Source of the DNA: Coriobacteriales bacterium
Lineage (GTDB): Bacteria > Actinomycetota > Coriobacteriia > Coriobacteriales > Atopobiaceae
Direction of reading: 5' to 3'
Assembly (NCBI GenBank): GCA_030529625.1
Contig: JAUMWN010000002.1
Coordinates: 6,186 to 70,185, forward strand
Length of the DNA stretch: 64,000 bases
A program made the translations under genes and the position numbers. The notes beneath the pieces were generated by a model. It had not been told where the DNA came from, made no database searches, and saw nothing but the letters and a program-made list of their open reading frames with translations. This document shows, one piece after another, positions 8,371 through 18,700 of this stretch (positions are counted from its first letter, which is position 1; each line of letters opens with the position of its first letter).

Positions 8371-9777
8371 CTACTCCAGCTTGCTGGGGTCGCCACCGGC
8401 GTTGACGACCTCCATCATGCGTGCCAGCTCCTCCTCATCGGCGACCACATAGCTTATGCCGTCAACCTCGGCGGGCGTGGCGGGCACCGAACAGGAGTAG
8501 ATGGTGGGGTTGGAGAGCTTGAGCCGCAAGAAGAGCGGCGCGAGGTTGTAGCAACGCAGGTCGGTGCCAATGAGCTCGCCCATCTTGTCCAGAGCGCCGG
8601 GCATCTCTGAGGGCGAGAGCGAGAGCATGCGGTTCATGAGCGACGTGAGCAGGATGCGCTGGTTCGCCTGCCGTTGGAAGTCTCCGTCCGTAAAGCCATA
8701 GCGGGTACGTGCCCACAGCAGCGCGTCCTCACCATCCAGGGTCTGGGTGCCCTCGTCCAGGACGAGGCCCGTGTACTCGGGGTCGTACACCGAGACCGGC
8801 ACGTTGACCGTCACGCCCCCCAAGTAGTCCACCAGATCGGCCAGCTCCTCAAAGTGGACAACCGCCACGTGGTTTATGGGCACGCCCGTAAGCCGGGAAA
8901 CCGCCTTCACGGCACCTCCGGCGCCGCCAAACGCGTAGGCCGCGTTTATCTTTTGGGTACCCTGCCCCTCTATCTCAACCATCGTATCGCGCGGGATGGA
9001 CACAAGTGTGAGCTTGGCCGCCAGGAAGTCCACGCGAACGAGCATCATGGTGTCGGTGCGCGAGTAGGTGTCTCCCTCGCGTGCGTCGGAGCCGAGTGCG
9101 AGCACGTAATAGGGCATGCCGGGAATCTCCCAGGCGAGCTTGCCGCTCAGCGTCTGCTGCTCGCTGGGAGAGAAGGCCAGCTTCTCGTCGATGGGATGCG
9201 CGACAAGCCAGTAGACACCCACCACGATGGCCACGAACACGAGTAGCTTGGCCAAGAAGCCAAACCGGTGACGGCGACGCGGCCGGCGCTGGCGCGGCGC
9301 CTGCCCACGCGCGGCACCCTGCGGCACGTACGGCTGCTGTGGTTGGGGGCTCGGCGCGTACTGCGCAGGCGCGCTGGGTGCCTGCTTGCGCTTGAGCTTG
9401 CGGTCCTTGCGACGCAAGGGGGCATCCGAGCGCACGGCCGTATCTCCTCGCAGCGCCTCGCCATAATTGGACCGCACCATCGTCTTGGGAAACGCCTCGG
9501 TGGATTGCACGGGAGGCTGAGAGGAGACAAAGGTGTCCTCAACCATCCCAAACCCATCGGATCCGATGGCGTCGATGGGGTCTATGTCATTGTCTTCATG
9601 TGCCTCAAAGAGCGGCTTAACCGATTCCTCGCTGGGGATTTGCGGTAGGTTGTTGTCCAGAGTGCTGTCGTTTTCCCACGGGTCAATTGCGTCGTAGTCT
9701 TCGTAGGGATTGCGCTTAATCACACACTCACCCCGATTCTGGTACGTTTTTTGGTAGGAATGGCGTTGGAACCCCAT
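8371..9777 (-). CDS. LCP (LytR-CpsA-Psr) family cell-wall glycopolymer ligase
   Basis: YVLALGSDAREGDTYSRTDTMMLVRVD and LVSIPRDT motifs follow a single TM segment. The start is uncertain: ATG 9777 or GTG 9723. Confidence 0.85.
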   Translation of the reverse strand: MGFQRHSYQKTYQNRGECVIKRNPYEDYDAIDPWENDSTLDNNLPQIPSEESVKPLFEAHEDNDIDPIDAIGSDGFGMVEDTFVSSQPPVQSTEAFPKTMVRSNYGEALRGDTAVRSDAPLRRKDRKLKRKQAPSAPAQYAPSPQPQQPYVPQGAARGQAPRQRRPRRRHRFGFLAKLLVFVAIVVGVYWLVAHPIDEKLAFSPSEQQTLSGKLAWEIPGMPYYVLALGSDAREGDTYSRTDTMMLVRVDFLAAKLTLVSIPRDTMVEIEGQGTQKINAAYAFGGAGGAVKAVSRLTGVPINHVAVVHFEELADLVDYLGGVTVNVPVSVYDPEYTGLVLDEGTQTLDGEDALLWARTRYGFTDGDFQRQANQRILLTSLMNRMLSLSPSEMPGALDKMGELIGTDLRCYNLAPLFLRLKLSNPTIYSCSVPATPAEVDGISYVVADEEELARMMEVVNAGGDPSKLE

Positions 9778-9833
9778 TGTAGACAACCGCTGGACACGCG
9801 ACACAATCCGCACAATTGCCGCCTCCAGCAACT

Positions 9834-9908
9834 GGGAAAAGGGGCCAAAGCCCTTTTCCCACGCACACCATGCGCCAAAATGAGAAAAGGGGTTTGGCCC
9901 CTTTTCTC
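9834..9908. terminator. Two tandem GC hairpins of the GGGAAAAGGGG...CCCCTTTTCCC family
   Basis: GGGAAAAGGGGCCAAAGCCCTTTTCCC at 9834-9860 and GAGAAAAGGGGTTTGGCCCCTTTTCTC at 9882-9908, at the 3' end of the J-domain gene. Confidence 0.5.
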
Positions 9909-10860
9909 AGCGGTTCTCGGGCGTGATGCCGCAGCGCTCCAAGAGGCGACGGCGAATGAGCAGGTAGGTGGCCTCTACGCGCTCTGAGAGCGCAGACGTC
10001 CACACGTTGATGAGTCCGCCGTGCACGAACGCGGCCAGTGTGTCGAACGCCAAAAGTCCCCCCAGCACGCCAAACACGATCTTGAGCGGCAGCGCCTCGG
10101 CAGCAAGGCAAAGTGCGATGAGAAACAGCGCGATGGGCGCGAGCAGCACCGAGTACACCTGGTTACGCAGGAGCTTGTACAGCGCACACCCATACGACGA
10201 GCTGCGCGGGCGCAGGTCCACGTAGCTGCTCGTCACCCACGACACCAAGCCGTTGAGCACCTCGCGTACAAAGCCAGAAATGTGGCCCGAAACCGCCTCG
10301 TACACCACCAGATACGTGGGATACACGATGGCGACAACCAGCCCGGCCACATCCAGGAGCGTCCATTCTCCTGCCGGGAAGAAGCGGGCCTTGTTGTGGT
10401 CGAGCAACGGGAACGTGTTCCACCACAACAGCACGAAGAGCGCCACGAGCAGCACGCGCAACACCACGGGGCCCAGCAGCACGCTACGAACGCTGAGCGG
10501 GGGCTTTTCCATGGACGGCTCGCTGCTCCAGCCCTCGGAGGACTCCCAAATGTTCTGATCGGCATAGGTCTGGTAGAAGTTGCTACCCGAGGCAGCCTGC
10601 CCGGCGGCCACGCCAGACGAGACGGTACCCCAACCACGCTCAATCACGGCATTGGGCCGACCGTCGAACAGCGGCTTAAGCGTATCGTTTGCCTTGTTGG
10701 CCTCCACCATCAGCCGTTGCGCGGTCTGCTCGTCGTAGCCATACTTTGCCGCGCCATCGGGGTGATAACGACGGGCCAACTTGGTGTAGGCCCGTCTTAA
10801 GTCGCGCTTGGTATACCGACGAGGCAGCCGGAGAATCTCCTCGGCTGCCTCCTTGCTCAT
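9907..10860 (-). CDS. J-domain (DnaJ-like) membrane protein
   Basis: KRDLRRAYTKLARRYHPDG (HPD motif) is followed by several TM segments. I prefer the ATG at 10860 over the TTG at 10872. Confidence 0.75.
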   Translation of the reverse strand: MSKEAAEEILRLPRRYTKRDLRRAYTKLARRYHPDGAAKYGYDEQTAQRLMVEANKANDTLKPLFDGRPNAVIERGWGTVSSGVAAGQAASGSNFYQTYADQNIWESSEGWSSEPSMEKPPLSVRSVLLGPVVLRVLLVALFVLLWWNTFPLLDHNKARFFPAGEWTLLDVAGLVVAIVYPTYLVVYEAVSGHISGFVREVLNGLVSWVTSSYVDLRPRSSSYGCALYKLLRNQVYSVLLAPIALFLIALCLAAEALPLKIVFGVLGGLLAFDTLAAFVHGGLINVWTSALSERVEATYLLIRRRLLERCGITPENR

Positions 10861-10875
10861 TTCCTGCCGCAAGTG

Positions 10876-11673
10876 CTACTCCGCTTCGAGCGCCTCTGCG
10901 ATCTCGTCGGTTATGTCCATGGTGTTGTACACGTTCTGGACGTCCTCAAGGTCGTCCAGGCGGTCGGCGAGACGCTGGACCTTCCGAGCGTCGGCAACGC
11001 TCACCTGCGTGGGCGTGGTGGGAACACGGGTGAGCTCGGAACCCTTAACGGTAATGCCCTGCTCCTCCAGACCCTTCTGCACCTCTTGGATGGCGTCGTA
11101 GGCGGTCCACACGATCCACTCGTCGCCCGCGTCCTCGTAATCGTCGCCGCCAGCCTCGGCCACGGCCATCATGAACTCGTCCTCGTCGGTGGCATTCTCA
11201 CGGTCGGGGATGCGCTTGTCATCGCTCTTGATTACCTTCTCGACGGCGATGGAGCCCTTGCGCTCAAACTGGAAGGCGACCGAACCCGAGGTTCCCAGGC
11301 TGCCGCCAGAGTGGGTAAAGGCCGAGCGCACGTCTGCCGCGGTGCGGTTCTTGTTGTCGGTGAGGCACTCCACGTAGAAGGCCACGCCAGCGGGGCCATA
11401 GCCCTCGTAGACGATCTCGCTGTACACGGCAGCATCGGAGCCAGAGCCAAAGGCCTTGTCGATGGCTGCCTTAATCTTTGCGTTGGGCATCGACACCATG
11501 CGGGCGCGCGCCACGGCGGCTGCAAGCGAAGCGTTGTTGTCCGGGTTGGGATCCCCGCCAACCTTGGCGGCAACGGTAATGTTACGCGAGAGCTTGGAGA
11601 AGAGCGACGAGCGCTTGGCGTCGATCGCGGCCTTCTTGTGCTTTGTGGTGGCCCACTTAGAGTGTCCGGACAT
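10876..11673 (-). CDS. yebC: YebC/PmpR family DNA-binding transcriptional regulator
   Basis: MSGHSKWATTKHKKAAIDAKRSSLFSKLSRNITVAAKVGGDPNPDNN is a canonical YebC N-terminus. Confidence 0.9.
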   Translation of the reverse strand: MSGHSKWATTKHKKAAIDAKRSSLFSKLSRNITVAAKVGGDPNPDNNASLAAAVARARMVSMPNAKIKAAIDKAFGSGSDAAVYSEIVYEGYGPAGVAFYVECLTDNKNRTAADVRSAFTHSGGSLGTSGSVAFQFERKGSIAVEKVIKSDDKRIPDRENATDEDEFMMAVAEAGGDDYEDAGDEWIVWTAYDAIQEVQKGLEEQGITVKGSELTRVPTTPTQVSVADARKVQRLADRLDDLEDVQNVYNTMDITDEIAEALEAE

Positions 11674-11886
11674 GCGATCTCCTTACTGATTGACTCACAA
11701 ACATAGCTATGCTAGCGGAAACGCCCCTCATAGAAAAGTGTCAACGCAAAAAAGGCATCCGGGTTGCCCGTTTGGCGTGTCCAAAAGGAAAGATGCCCCT
11801 CCTCATTCGGCCGCTTCTGCCCTTCTCGGCAACCCAGCGCGTGTACAATGGGTATCTGCTATGGGTCCGCAACGAAAGGAGCACCT

Positions 11887-12567
11887 ATGGACCAACGCGA
11901 AGTGATGCTCAACCAGCAGCAAACTGCACCCATCATCAGCCGACGCCTGTACAACCTGCTCACCTTTGGCTTGGTGACCGTGTCGTTCGTAATCCTGTGG
12001 GGCACCTACCTGTTCGCCTCTGGCGGCGGGCTTGAGCGCATGCTCTCGGGCGGCGCGGGCATCATCACCCTCATCGTCTCGTTTATTGCCACCATCGCTG
12101 GCATCGTCCTCATGTCTGTGGGCAAGAAGAAGCAGAGCGTTGGCCTGTCACTCGCGGGCTACGTGCTGTTCTCGCTCACCTTTGGCATCAGCGTCTCGCT
12201 GGTGCTCGAGCGCTACAACATTGGCACGATCTCGTACGCGTTTGGCATTACCGCCTGCATCGCGGGCATCTTCCTGGTTGCCGGCGTCACCTTCCCCAAC
12301 TTCTTTGCCCGCATTGGCGGCATCCTGTGCCTGGGCCTCATTGCCACCATCGTGGTGGAGTTCGTGGCCATCGTGTTCCTCCATGCCGACCAGACCATCT
12401 TTGATTACATCGTCATTGTGCTGTTCTGTGGCTTCCTGGGGTACGACTCCTACCTCTTGGCGGTCGACGACCCCACCGTGCCCAACGCCATCTTCCACGC
12501 CTCCAACATCTACCTGGACATCGTAAACATCCTGCTGCGCGTGCTCGATCTCTTGGACAACAAGTAA
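11887..12567 (+). CDS. Bax inhibitor-1/YccA family membrane protein
   Basis: ATG at 11887 follows AAAGGAG. It has 7 TM segments and the C-terminal IYLDIVNILLRVLDLL motif. Confidence 0.75.
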   Translation: MDQREVMLNQQQTAPIISRRLYNLLTFGLVTVSFVILWGTYLFASGGGLERMLSGGAGIITLIVSFIATIAGIVLMSVGKKKQSVGLSLAGYVLFSLTFGISVSLVLERYNIGTISYAFGITACIAGIFLVAGVTFPNFFARIGGILCLGLIATIVVEFVAIVFLHADQTIFDYIVIVLFCGFLGYDSYLLAVDDPTVPNAIFHASNIYLDIVNILLRVLDLLDNK

Positions 12568-12576
12568 CGGCGCGTC

Positions 12577-14184
12577 ATGGCAGAGATGAAGCGGCCCAAG
12601 CATTTTGCCGCACCCAAAGAGGTGACGCCCGAGCCAGAGGTGGTCCCTGAGGCTCCCAAGCAGGTCGAGCTCGAGCAGGCCGAGCGGGCGGTTGACCGCG
12701 CGTTTTCCACCGGAAAGGCCGACCGCGCGGCCATCACCCACCAGGCCCAGCTCGACGCTGAGGAGGCCGTGACCATGGCCGGCATCGCCATGGCGTCCGA
12801 CGCTGAGGCGGACGAGGCCACACGGCTCGCCGTGATTGCCGCCGGCATGAGCAACCGCTACAAGGCCAGAGAGGCCCGCGAGCACGAGCGCCTGGCGCGC
12901 AACAAGGCCAAGGCCGACCATGTGGCGGCAACCAAGGCGGCCAAGAAGGCCTACGAGGCGATCAAGTTTAGCGACCCCTCCAAGCTAGGTTTCGTGCGCT
13001 TTGTTGAGGTCCTCTTCCTGGGCCAGATCGTGCTCACGCTGTTCTCGCTCATCTTCACCTCGCGAAACACCGTGATCTACAACTCGGCAAACGTCTCCGA
13101 GTGGATTCTGGTTGTGCTGGAGTCCGTCGCCTTCTACTTCTTCGTCAACCGCTACAAGGTTGGCCGACCGCTCGTCATGGGCATCGCGGTCTTTTGTGCC
13201 GTGGCGCACATAGTGTCGTATGTCCTCAGCAGGGACAGGACGCCTGTGGCCCTTGCCATAAGCATCGCAATCTATGCGTTTTTGTTCTGCTACTTTGCGT
13301 TCTCGCCGCGCGTAAAGGCGGTGCTGGTAAACGACCTGTCGTCCGACAAGGGCACCGCCCGTGACGAGACCTTTGTGATCGACCGCAAGAGTTGGCCGTT
13401 CTACCGCAACCTCATCATCTACTTTGTGGTGTTCTCGCTTTTGGGCCACTGGATGGAGGCTGGCATGTGCCAGTTCATTCGCTTGGGCTTGGTGAAGGGC
13501 ACCTACGACCCCAACAACACCATGCTCTGGCGCGACTGGCTCTACCCCTACCCCATGGAGGGGTTGGCCGTGGTACTCATTGCGCTAATTCTGTACCCCG
13601 TCTTTGCCAAGATGCGCGAGAAGTTCTCCAGCCACTTTGCGCCCTACATCGCGAGCTTCGCGTGCAACGCGTTTGCCTGCGCGGTGATCGAGTTCGTTGG
13701 CGGCATCCTGGTTAACGGCAACCACCAATACTGGGACTACTCCAACATGCCCTGCAACCTCATGGGACAGATCTGTTTGCAGAACACCTTGGCGTTTGGC
13801 ATCGTGGCCTCCATCATCACGTGGTGGGTGTATCCCGCGATGGAGCGCTGCATCGCCCGCGTGCGACCAGCCATCATGAACATCGTGTGCGTGGTCGTAG
13901 CCATTGTGGGCGGCATCCTGTTCTCGCTCTACGCCATCAATCCCCCGGCAGGTGTGAACCTATCCAAGGCGGAGCAATACGTGGAGAATGCCGCCGAGGA
14001 CGACCTTCTGCACGTCTCGGTCGTGGGCAACACGCTCACAAACGACGTGGATCGCGCGCAAAAGCAGCTCGACAACGGCCGCGACATCCCCGCCGACCAG
14101 CGCGACCGCCTGCAAAACGACCTCAACCGCATACGGGAGGACGTGGCCCAGCTCAACAGCGACTTGGGCAATACAACCCCGTAA
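12577..14184 (+). CDS. Membrane protein with a putative ABC-transporter type IV (CmpB/DUF1113-like) domain, flanked by coiled-coil tails
   Basis: The core includes LLGHWMEAGMC...YWDYSNMPCNLMGQICLQNTLAFG. The N- and C-terminal regions are charged. Confidence 0.6.
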   Translation: MAEMKRPKHFAAPKEVTPEPEVVPEAPKQVELEQAERAVDRAFSTGKADRAAITHQAQLDAEEAVTMAGIAMASDAEADEATRLAVIAAGMSNRYKAREAREHERLARNKAKADHVAATKAAKKAYEAIKFSDPSKLGFVRFVEVLFLGQIVLTLFSLIFTSRNTVIYNSANVSEWILVVLESVAFYFFVNRYKVGRPLVMGIAVFCAVAHIVSYVLSRDRTPVALAISIAIYAFLFCYFAFSPRVKAVLVNDLSSDKGTARDETFVIDRKSWPFYRNLIIYFVVFSLLGHWMEAGMCQFIRLGLVKGTYDPNNTMLWRDWLYPYPMEGLAVVLIALILYPVFAKMREKFSSHFAPYIASFACNAFACAVIEFVGGILVNGNHQYWDYSNMPCNLMGQICLQNTLAFGIVASIITWWVYPAMERCIARVRPAIMNIVCVVVAIVGGILFSLYAINPPAGVNLSKAEQYVENAAEDDLLHVSVVGNTLTNDVDRAQKQLDNGRDIPADQRDRLQNDLNRIREDVAQLNSDLGNTTP

Positions 14185-14207
14185 TCCTCACCCATCCGTA
14201 CTCGGGG

Positions 14208-14285
14208 GACACACCTCCGTACTGGGGGGACAGTCCCCTAAACTCAGGGGACAGTCCCCTGAGTTTAGGGGACTGTCCCCCCAGT
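14208..14285. repeat. REP-like repeat, GGGGACAGTCCCC family
   Basis: GTACTGGGGGGACAGTCCCCTAAACTCAGGGGACAGTCCCCTGAGTTTAGGGGACTGTCCCCCCAGT. Confidence 0.85.
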
Positions 14286-14291
14286 TTCAGT

Positions 14292-14678
14292 TCAGGGGAG
14301 GGTCGTTGCGGAGCCGTACTGGCGGACGTGGGCCTTAATCGCGTTAAACGTCTCGTCGCTCATGTAGTGCTCGATGCGGCACGCATCGTCGGCGGCAGTC
14401 TCCGCGCTCACGCCAAGGTTTTGGAACAGCTCCGTGAGCACGACATGGCGCTCGTAGATGCGCTTTGCGCACTCCTCGCCTGCCTTGGTGAGCCGCAGCC
14501 CGCCGTGCTCGTCCACCACAACGTAGCCGTCCCGCTTGAGCAGCCCAAGGGCACGGCTCACCGACGGCTTTGAGAACCCCATGCGCCTGCCAACGTCAAT
14601 CGCCCGAACGTCGGGAGACTCCTGGGACAGGACATAGATCGTCTCTAGATACATCTCGCCCGACTCATGCATTGCCAT
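14292..14678 (-). CDS. DtxR/MntR family metal-dependent transcriptional regulator
   Basis: MAMHESGEMYLETIYVL...RAIDVGRRMGFSKPSVSRALGLLKRDGYV is an HTH followed by a dimerisation/metal-binding domain. Confidence 0.85.
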   Translation of the reverse strand: MAMHESGEMYLETIYVLSQESPDVRAIDVGRRMGFSKPSVSRALGLLKRDGYVVVDEHGGLRLTKAGEECAKRIYERHVVLTELFQNLGVSAETAADDACRIEHYMSDETFNAIKAHVRQYGSATTLP

Positions 14679-14804
14679 ACGGCATACCCCCGATTTCCCT
14701 TGGTGACTGAGAAAGAGCTTACCACAACCGCACAATCCCTTTGAGTAATACAAACCCGCGCGCGCGCATTCCCTCTGCACAAAGTCAACACATGGCAACT
14801 CTCA

Positions 14805-14834
14805 AAGTTAGCCATTGTAAACTTATGCTATACT
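14805..14834 (+). promoter_or_regulatory. Candidate promoter (extended -10 TGCTATACT) overlapped by an 8-4-8 palindrome AAGTTAGC-CATT-GTAAACTT
   Basis: TATACT at 14829-14834 is preceded by TGC. The palindrome at 14805-14824 shares AGTTAGC with the box at 15000-15021. Confidence 0.4.
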
Positions 14835-14925
14835 GCTCGTCGTCAGCAACGGGGCGCACCCTCGTCCCACATAACAGGCGGACAATGAGGTTCCTCTCCC
14901 TTCCCTCACACACCGCATCTGGCAC

Positions 14926-14961
14926 GGCGCCTCGTCTCCCCCACGAGGCGCCACTTTTTTT
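14926..14961 (+). terminator. Intrinsic terminator closing a ~120-nt leader or small RNA
   Basis: GGCGCCTCGT-CTCCCCC-ACGAGGCGCC forms a perfect 10-bp stem, followed by ACTTTTTTT. Confidence 0.7.
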
Positions 14962-14999
14962 GAGTCCCTTCCCTACTAGCGCTTCTCACCAACTGGTGT

Positions 15000-15021
15000 A
15001 TAGTTAGCGTATGCTAACTAT
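15000..15021. promoter_or_regulatory. Perfect palindrome ATAGTTAGC-GTAT-GCTAACTAT, candidate DtxR/MntR-type operator
   Basis: It lies 16 nt upstream of the ABC ATPase ATG (15037). The half-site TTAGC/GCTAA resembles DtxR-family iron/manganese boxes. Confidence 0.5.
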
Positions 15022-15036
15022 TGATTCGGGGGACGC

Positions 15037-15744
15037 ATGAACGACGGCTTTGTATCCATCGAGGGCCTTAGCAAGCACTACGGCGAAGGCGACGCCAAGG
15101 TCGAGGTACTGCGCGACATAACCACCACGATCGAGAAGGGTGAGGTGTGCGTGCTGCTTGGCCCCAGCGGCTCGGGCAAGTCCACGTTCCTCAACCTGGT
15201 GGGAGGCCTCGAGCCCGCAGATGGGGGCAGCATTCGCATTGGCGACACGCAACTCACCACGCTTTCTGGCCACGACCTCGTTGAGTACCGTCGATGCACA
15301 CTGGGATTCGTTTTTCAGTTCTACAACCTCGTGAGCGATCTCACAATACGTGAGAACATCGAGGTGTGCGCGTACCTCTCGCCCTCCCCGCTTCCCCTTG
15401 ACGACCTGCTGCATTCGCTGGGGCTATGGGAGCACCGCAACAAGTTTCCCAGCCAGGTCTCAGGTGGCCAGCAGCAACGCTGCGCCATCGGTCGCGCCCT
15501 GGTAAAGAATCCCAGTCTGCTCCTGTGCGACGAGCCCACCGGAGCGCTGGACTACAACACCTCCAAGGAGATCCTGGAGCTTATGGAGCAGGTGAACCAG
15601 CGCTATGCGTGCACCATCGTGATCGTCACCCATAACGACGCCATCAAGCACATGGCCCACCGCATCCTGCGGCTGCGCGACGGGCGCCTGGTGGAGGACG
15701 CGCGCAACGACGACGTGCGCCCGGCCGCGAGCCTGGAGTGGTAA
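15037..15744 (+). CDS. ABC transporter ATP-binding protein (MacB/LolD-like)
   Basis: Walker [10 protein letters not shown], signature [15 protein letters not shown] and Walker [13 protein letters not shown]. Confidence 0.9.
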   Translation: MNDGFVSIEGLSKHYGEGDAKVEVLRDITTTIEKGEVCVLLGPSGSGKSTFLNLVGGLEPADGGSIRIGDTQLTTLSGHDLVEYRRCTLGFVFQFYNLVSDLTIRENIEVCAYLSPSPLPLDDLLHSLGLWEHRNKFPSQVSGGQQQRCAIGRALVKNPSLLLCDEPTGALDYNTSKEILELMEQVNQRYACTIVIVTHNDAIKHMAHRILRLRDGRLVEDARNDDVRPAASLEW

Positions 15745-15746
15745 GC

Positions 15747-18700
15747 ATGAGCAATCCCCTCCACCGGCGCTACCCGCGCGAGCTGCGCAACAATCTAGGC
15801 AAATACCTGGGGCTCTTCCTCATGATGGTGTTTGCCGTCTCGTTTACCAGCGGCTTCCTTTTGGCGGCGGGCAGTATCGAAACCATCGTAAACAGCATGA
15901 GAAACGACTATCACATCGAGGATGGGCGATTTGTGTGCGACTTTGAGCCCAAAGACGAGGCGCTCGATGCGGTGCGCGCCCTGGGCGTAACGCTGTACGA
16001 GGACTTCTACAAGCAGGTGTCCCTTTCGCTGGATTCGGCAGACAAGGCGCAGGACATCACCGCGCGCGTATACGGCAGCCGCGACGAGGTGAACCTCCCC
16101 TGCTACGCTCAGGGACGCGCCCCCCAGGCCGCAGACGAGATCGCCTTCGACCGCGTGTTTTGCGAGAACCACGGGCTCTGTGTGGGCGACGCTGTCACGA
16201 TCGCCGGCAGACCGGCCACCGTGTGCGGTATTCTTACCTTTCCCGACTACCAGGCGCTCTTTGAGGACAACGGCAGCTTTATGTTCAACGCCATCACCTT
16301 TACGGTGGCCCAGATGAGCGACGAGGGATATGCGGCACTGGGCAGCTCGGGCGAGACGTATGCCTACGCCCTTGCGTTTGACGACGCAAGCCTCACACGA
16401 GCCCAAAAGACCGACATCGAGGAGGACATAGCTGACGCGCTGGACGATCACGACGCGCTCCTGAGCGACCTTATTGACGCCGACGACAACCAAGGTATTG
16501 GCTATGCGCTTGACGACGTGCAGGGCGACCAGGCCATGTGGACGGTGCTGCTGTTCCTGCTCGTCGTAATCATGGGGTTTGTCTTTGCCGTGCTCACCGG
16601 CACCACCATCGAGCAAGAGAGCTCCGTGATTGGCACGCTGTTGGCAAGTGGTTGGCGCAAGGGCGAGCTCGTGCGGCACTACCTGCTCCTGCCCGCCCTC
16701 ATAGGGCTGCTCGCCACCTGCGTGGGCCTGGTCACGGGCATCTGGGTCCTGTGCGATCCGTTTAAGGACCTGTATTATCACAGCTACAGCCTTCCGCCCT
16801 ACCACACCATATGGGACTGGCGCATCGTAATCCTTACGGCGGTCCTCCCCTACCTGCTGCTTGTGGGCATCACGCTGCTGGGACTGGCGCGCAGCCTGCG
16901 TTTTACCCCGCTTCAGTTCCTGCGTCACGAGACGGGCGGCAAGCGGGGCGGCGGGCGCATCCGGCTTCCCGAGCGCCTTCGCTACGTCACGCGCTTTCGC
17001 CTGCGCGTGATCCTGCGCAACGCCAGCCACTTTGCCACGCTGTTCTTTGGCATTCTCTTTGCCAGCCTGCTGCTCTTGTTTGGCCTGTGTATGCTGCCGG
17101 TTGTTGACAACTACGCCCAGGCGCTGCGGCAGACGGTGGCAGCTCCCCACCAATACGTGCTCAAGACGCCACTGGAGCTGCAAGGCACCAGCCAGGAGCG
17201 CGACCGGTACGCGGCCGCGCTGCGCATTGCCGAGGACCACGCCCGCATCGAGCGCAACCAGGACTCCGTGGATGCGCTCGACCGTCTGCAGGACAACGAC
17301 GAGTTACTGGACGCCCTCGAGCGCCTGCAGGACAACGATGAGCTGATGGATGCGCTCGAGCGCCTGCAGGACAACCAAAAGCTCGTAGACGTCGCCCGCC
17401 GCCTGCGCAACAACCAAGAACTGCTAGACGCGGCCAAGCGCCTGAAAAACAAGCACGACCTCATGGATGCCGCCAAAAGGCTCGAGGACCAGCAGGACCT
17501 GCTGGATGCCATCGAGCGCTTGGAGGAGGAGCAGGACCTGGTGGACGCAATGGAGCGACTGCAGGACCAGCCAGACGTGGTGGAGGCGGCACAGCGCATG
17601 GCCGCCGGCGCGCCCACCCCGCAGGACATGGCACTGCTCGCGGCCGCAGACGACCAGACCCGTACTGACCTCGAGCTTGCTTCAGAAATCGACGAGCAAA
17701 CGCAGGACGACATCGAGCTCGTATCGGACGTGGACGAGCAGACCCAGGCCGACCTGGAGCTCCTGGAGGACATCGACGATCAGACTCGCGACGACCTCGA
17801 CCTCCTTACCGACGTGAGCGGGCAGACCCGCGACGACCTGGAGTACCTCGCCGACCTGGACACCGCCACACGTGACGACCTCTCGCTGGTCACAGACGCC
17901 ACGGGCCAGACCAAGCAGGACCTCGAGCTGCTCATGGACCTGGAGGGTTCGCCAAAGGACGACCTCGAGCTCGTGCGGGACATGGACCAGGACCTCGTTG
18001 ACGACCTGCGCCTGGCGGACAAGATCGACGAGGACGCGCACGTGGTGAACACGCAGGCAAACGACCAGACAACCATCGAGCAAGCCGAGAAGTACGCGGT
18101 AGCCAGCATGGAGGTGGAGCGTGCCTTTGGTGGCGAGGCAGAGACCATATCGGTGTATGGCATCCAGCCGGGCAGCGCCTACTGGACCAACATGCCCGTG
18201 GCCGACGGAACGGCGGTCGCGGGACGCGGGCTCATCGAGAAGACCAAGGCCGCAGTGGGACAGAGCGCCTTGCTCCATGACCCGCGAAAGGGAGAGGACC
18301 ACGAGGTGCGCATCGCACAGCAAACCACCAACGCGGCCGACACATCGCTGTACCTCTCGCTTGACGACTTCAATCGGCTGTTCAATAACGACACCGACTA
18401 CTTTAACGCCTGGGCAAGCGCCGACGAGCTGGCGCTTGACGGTAGGTACGTCGCCTCCTCGATCGTGCCCGAGGACATGGACGACATCAGCAACCAGATG
18501 CGCGAGTCCATGGGCAACATCATGACCATGATGATGCTGATGGCCGTGCCCATCTACCTCGTGCTGGTATACCTGCTCACCAAGACGGTGATCGATCGCA
18601 GTGCGCGCTCCATCAGCTACATGAAGGTGTTTGGCTATCACGCCAAGGAGGTGGACGGCCTGTACATCCGTCCCGTAACCGTGTTTGTGCTGGTGAGCCT

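Noticed and set aside
14741-15007. 88-aa ORF, or a shorter MRFLSLPSH... peptide, in the leader upstream of the ABC ATPase
   Set aside because: It reads through the intrinsic terminator stem and U-tract, has no RBS, and has a Pro/Ser-rich composition. The region is better explained as non-coding leader.
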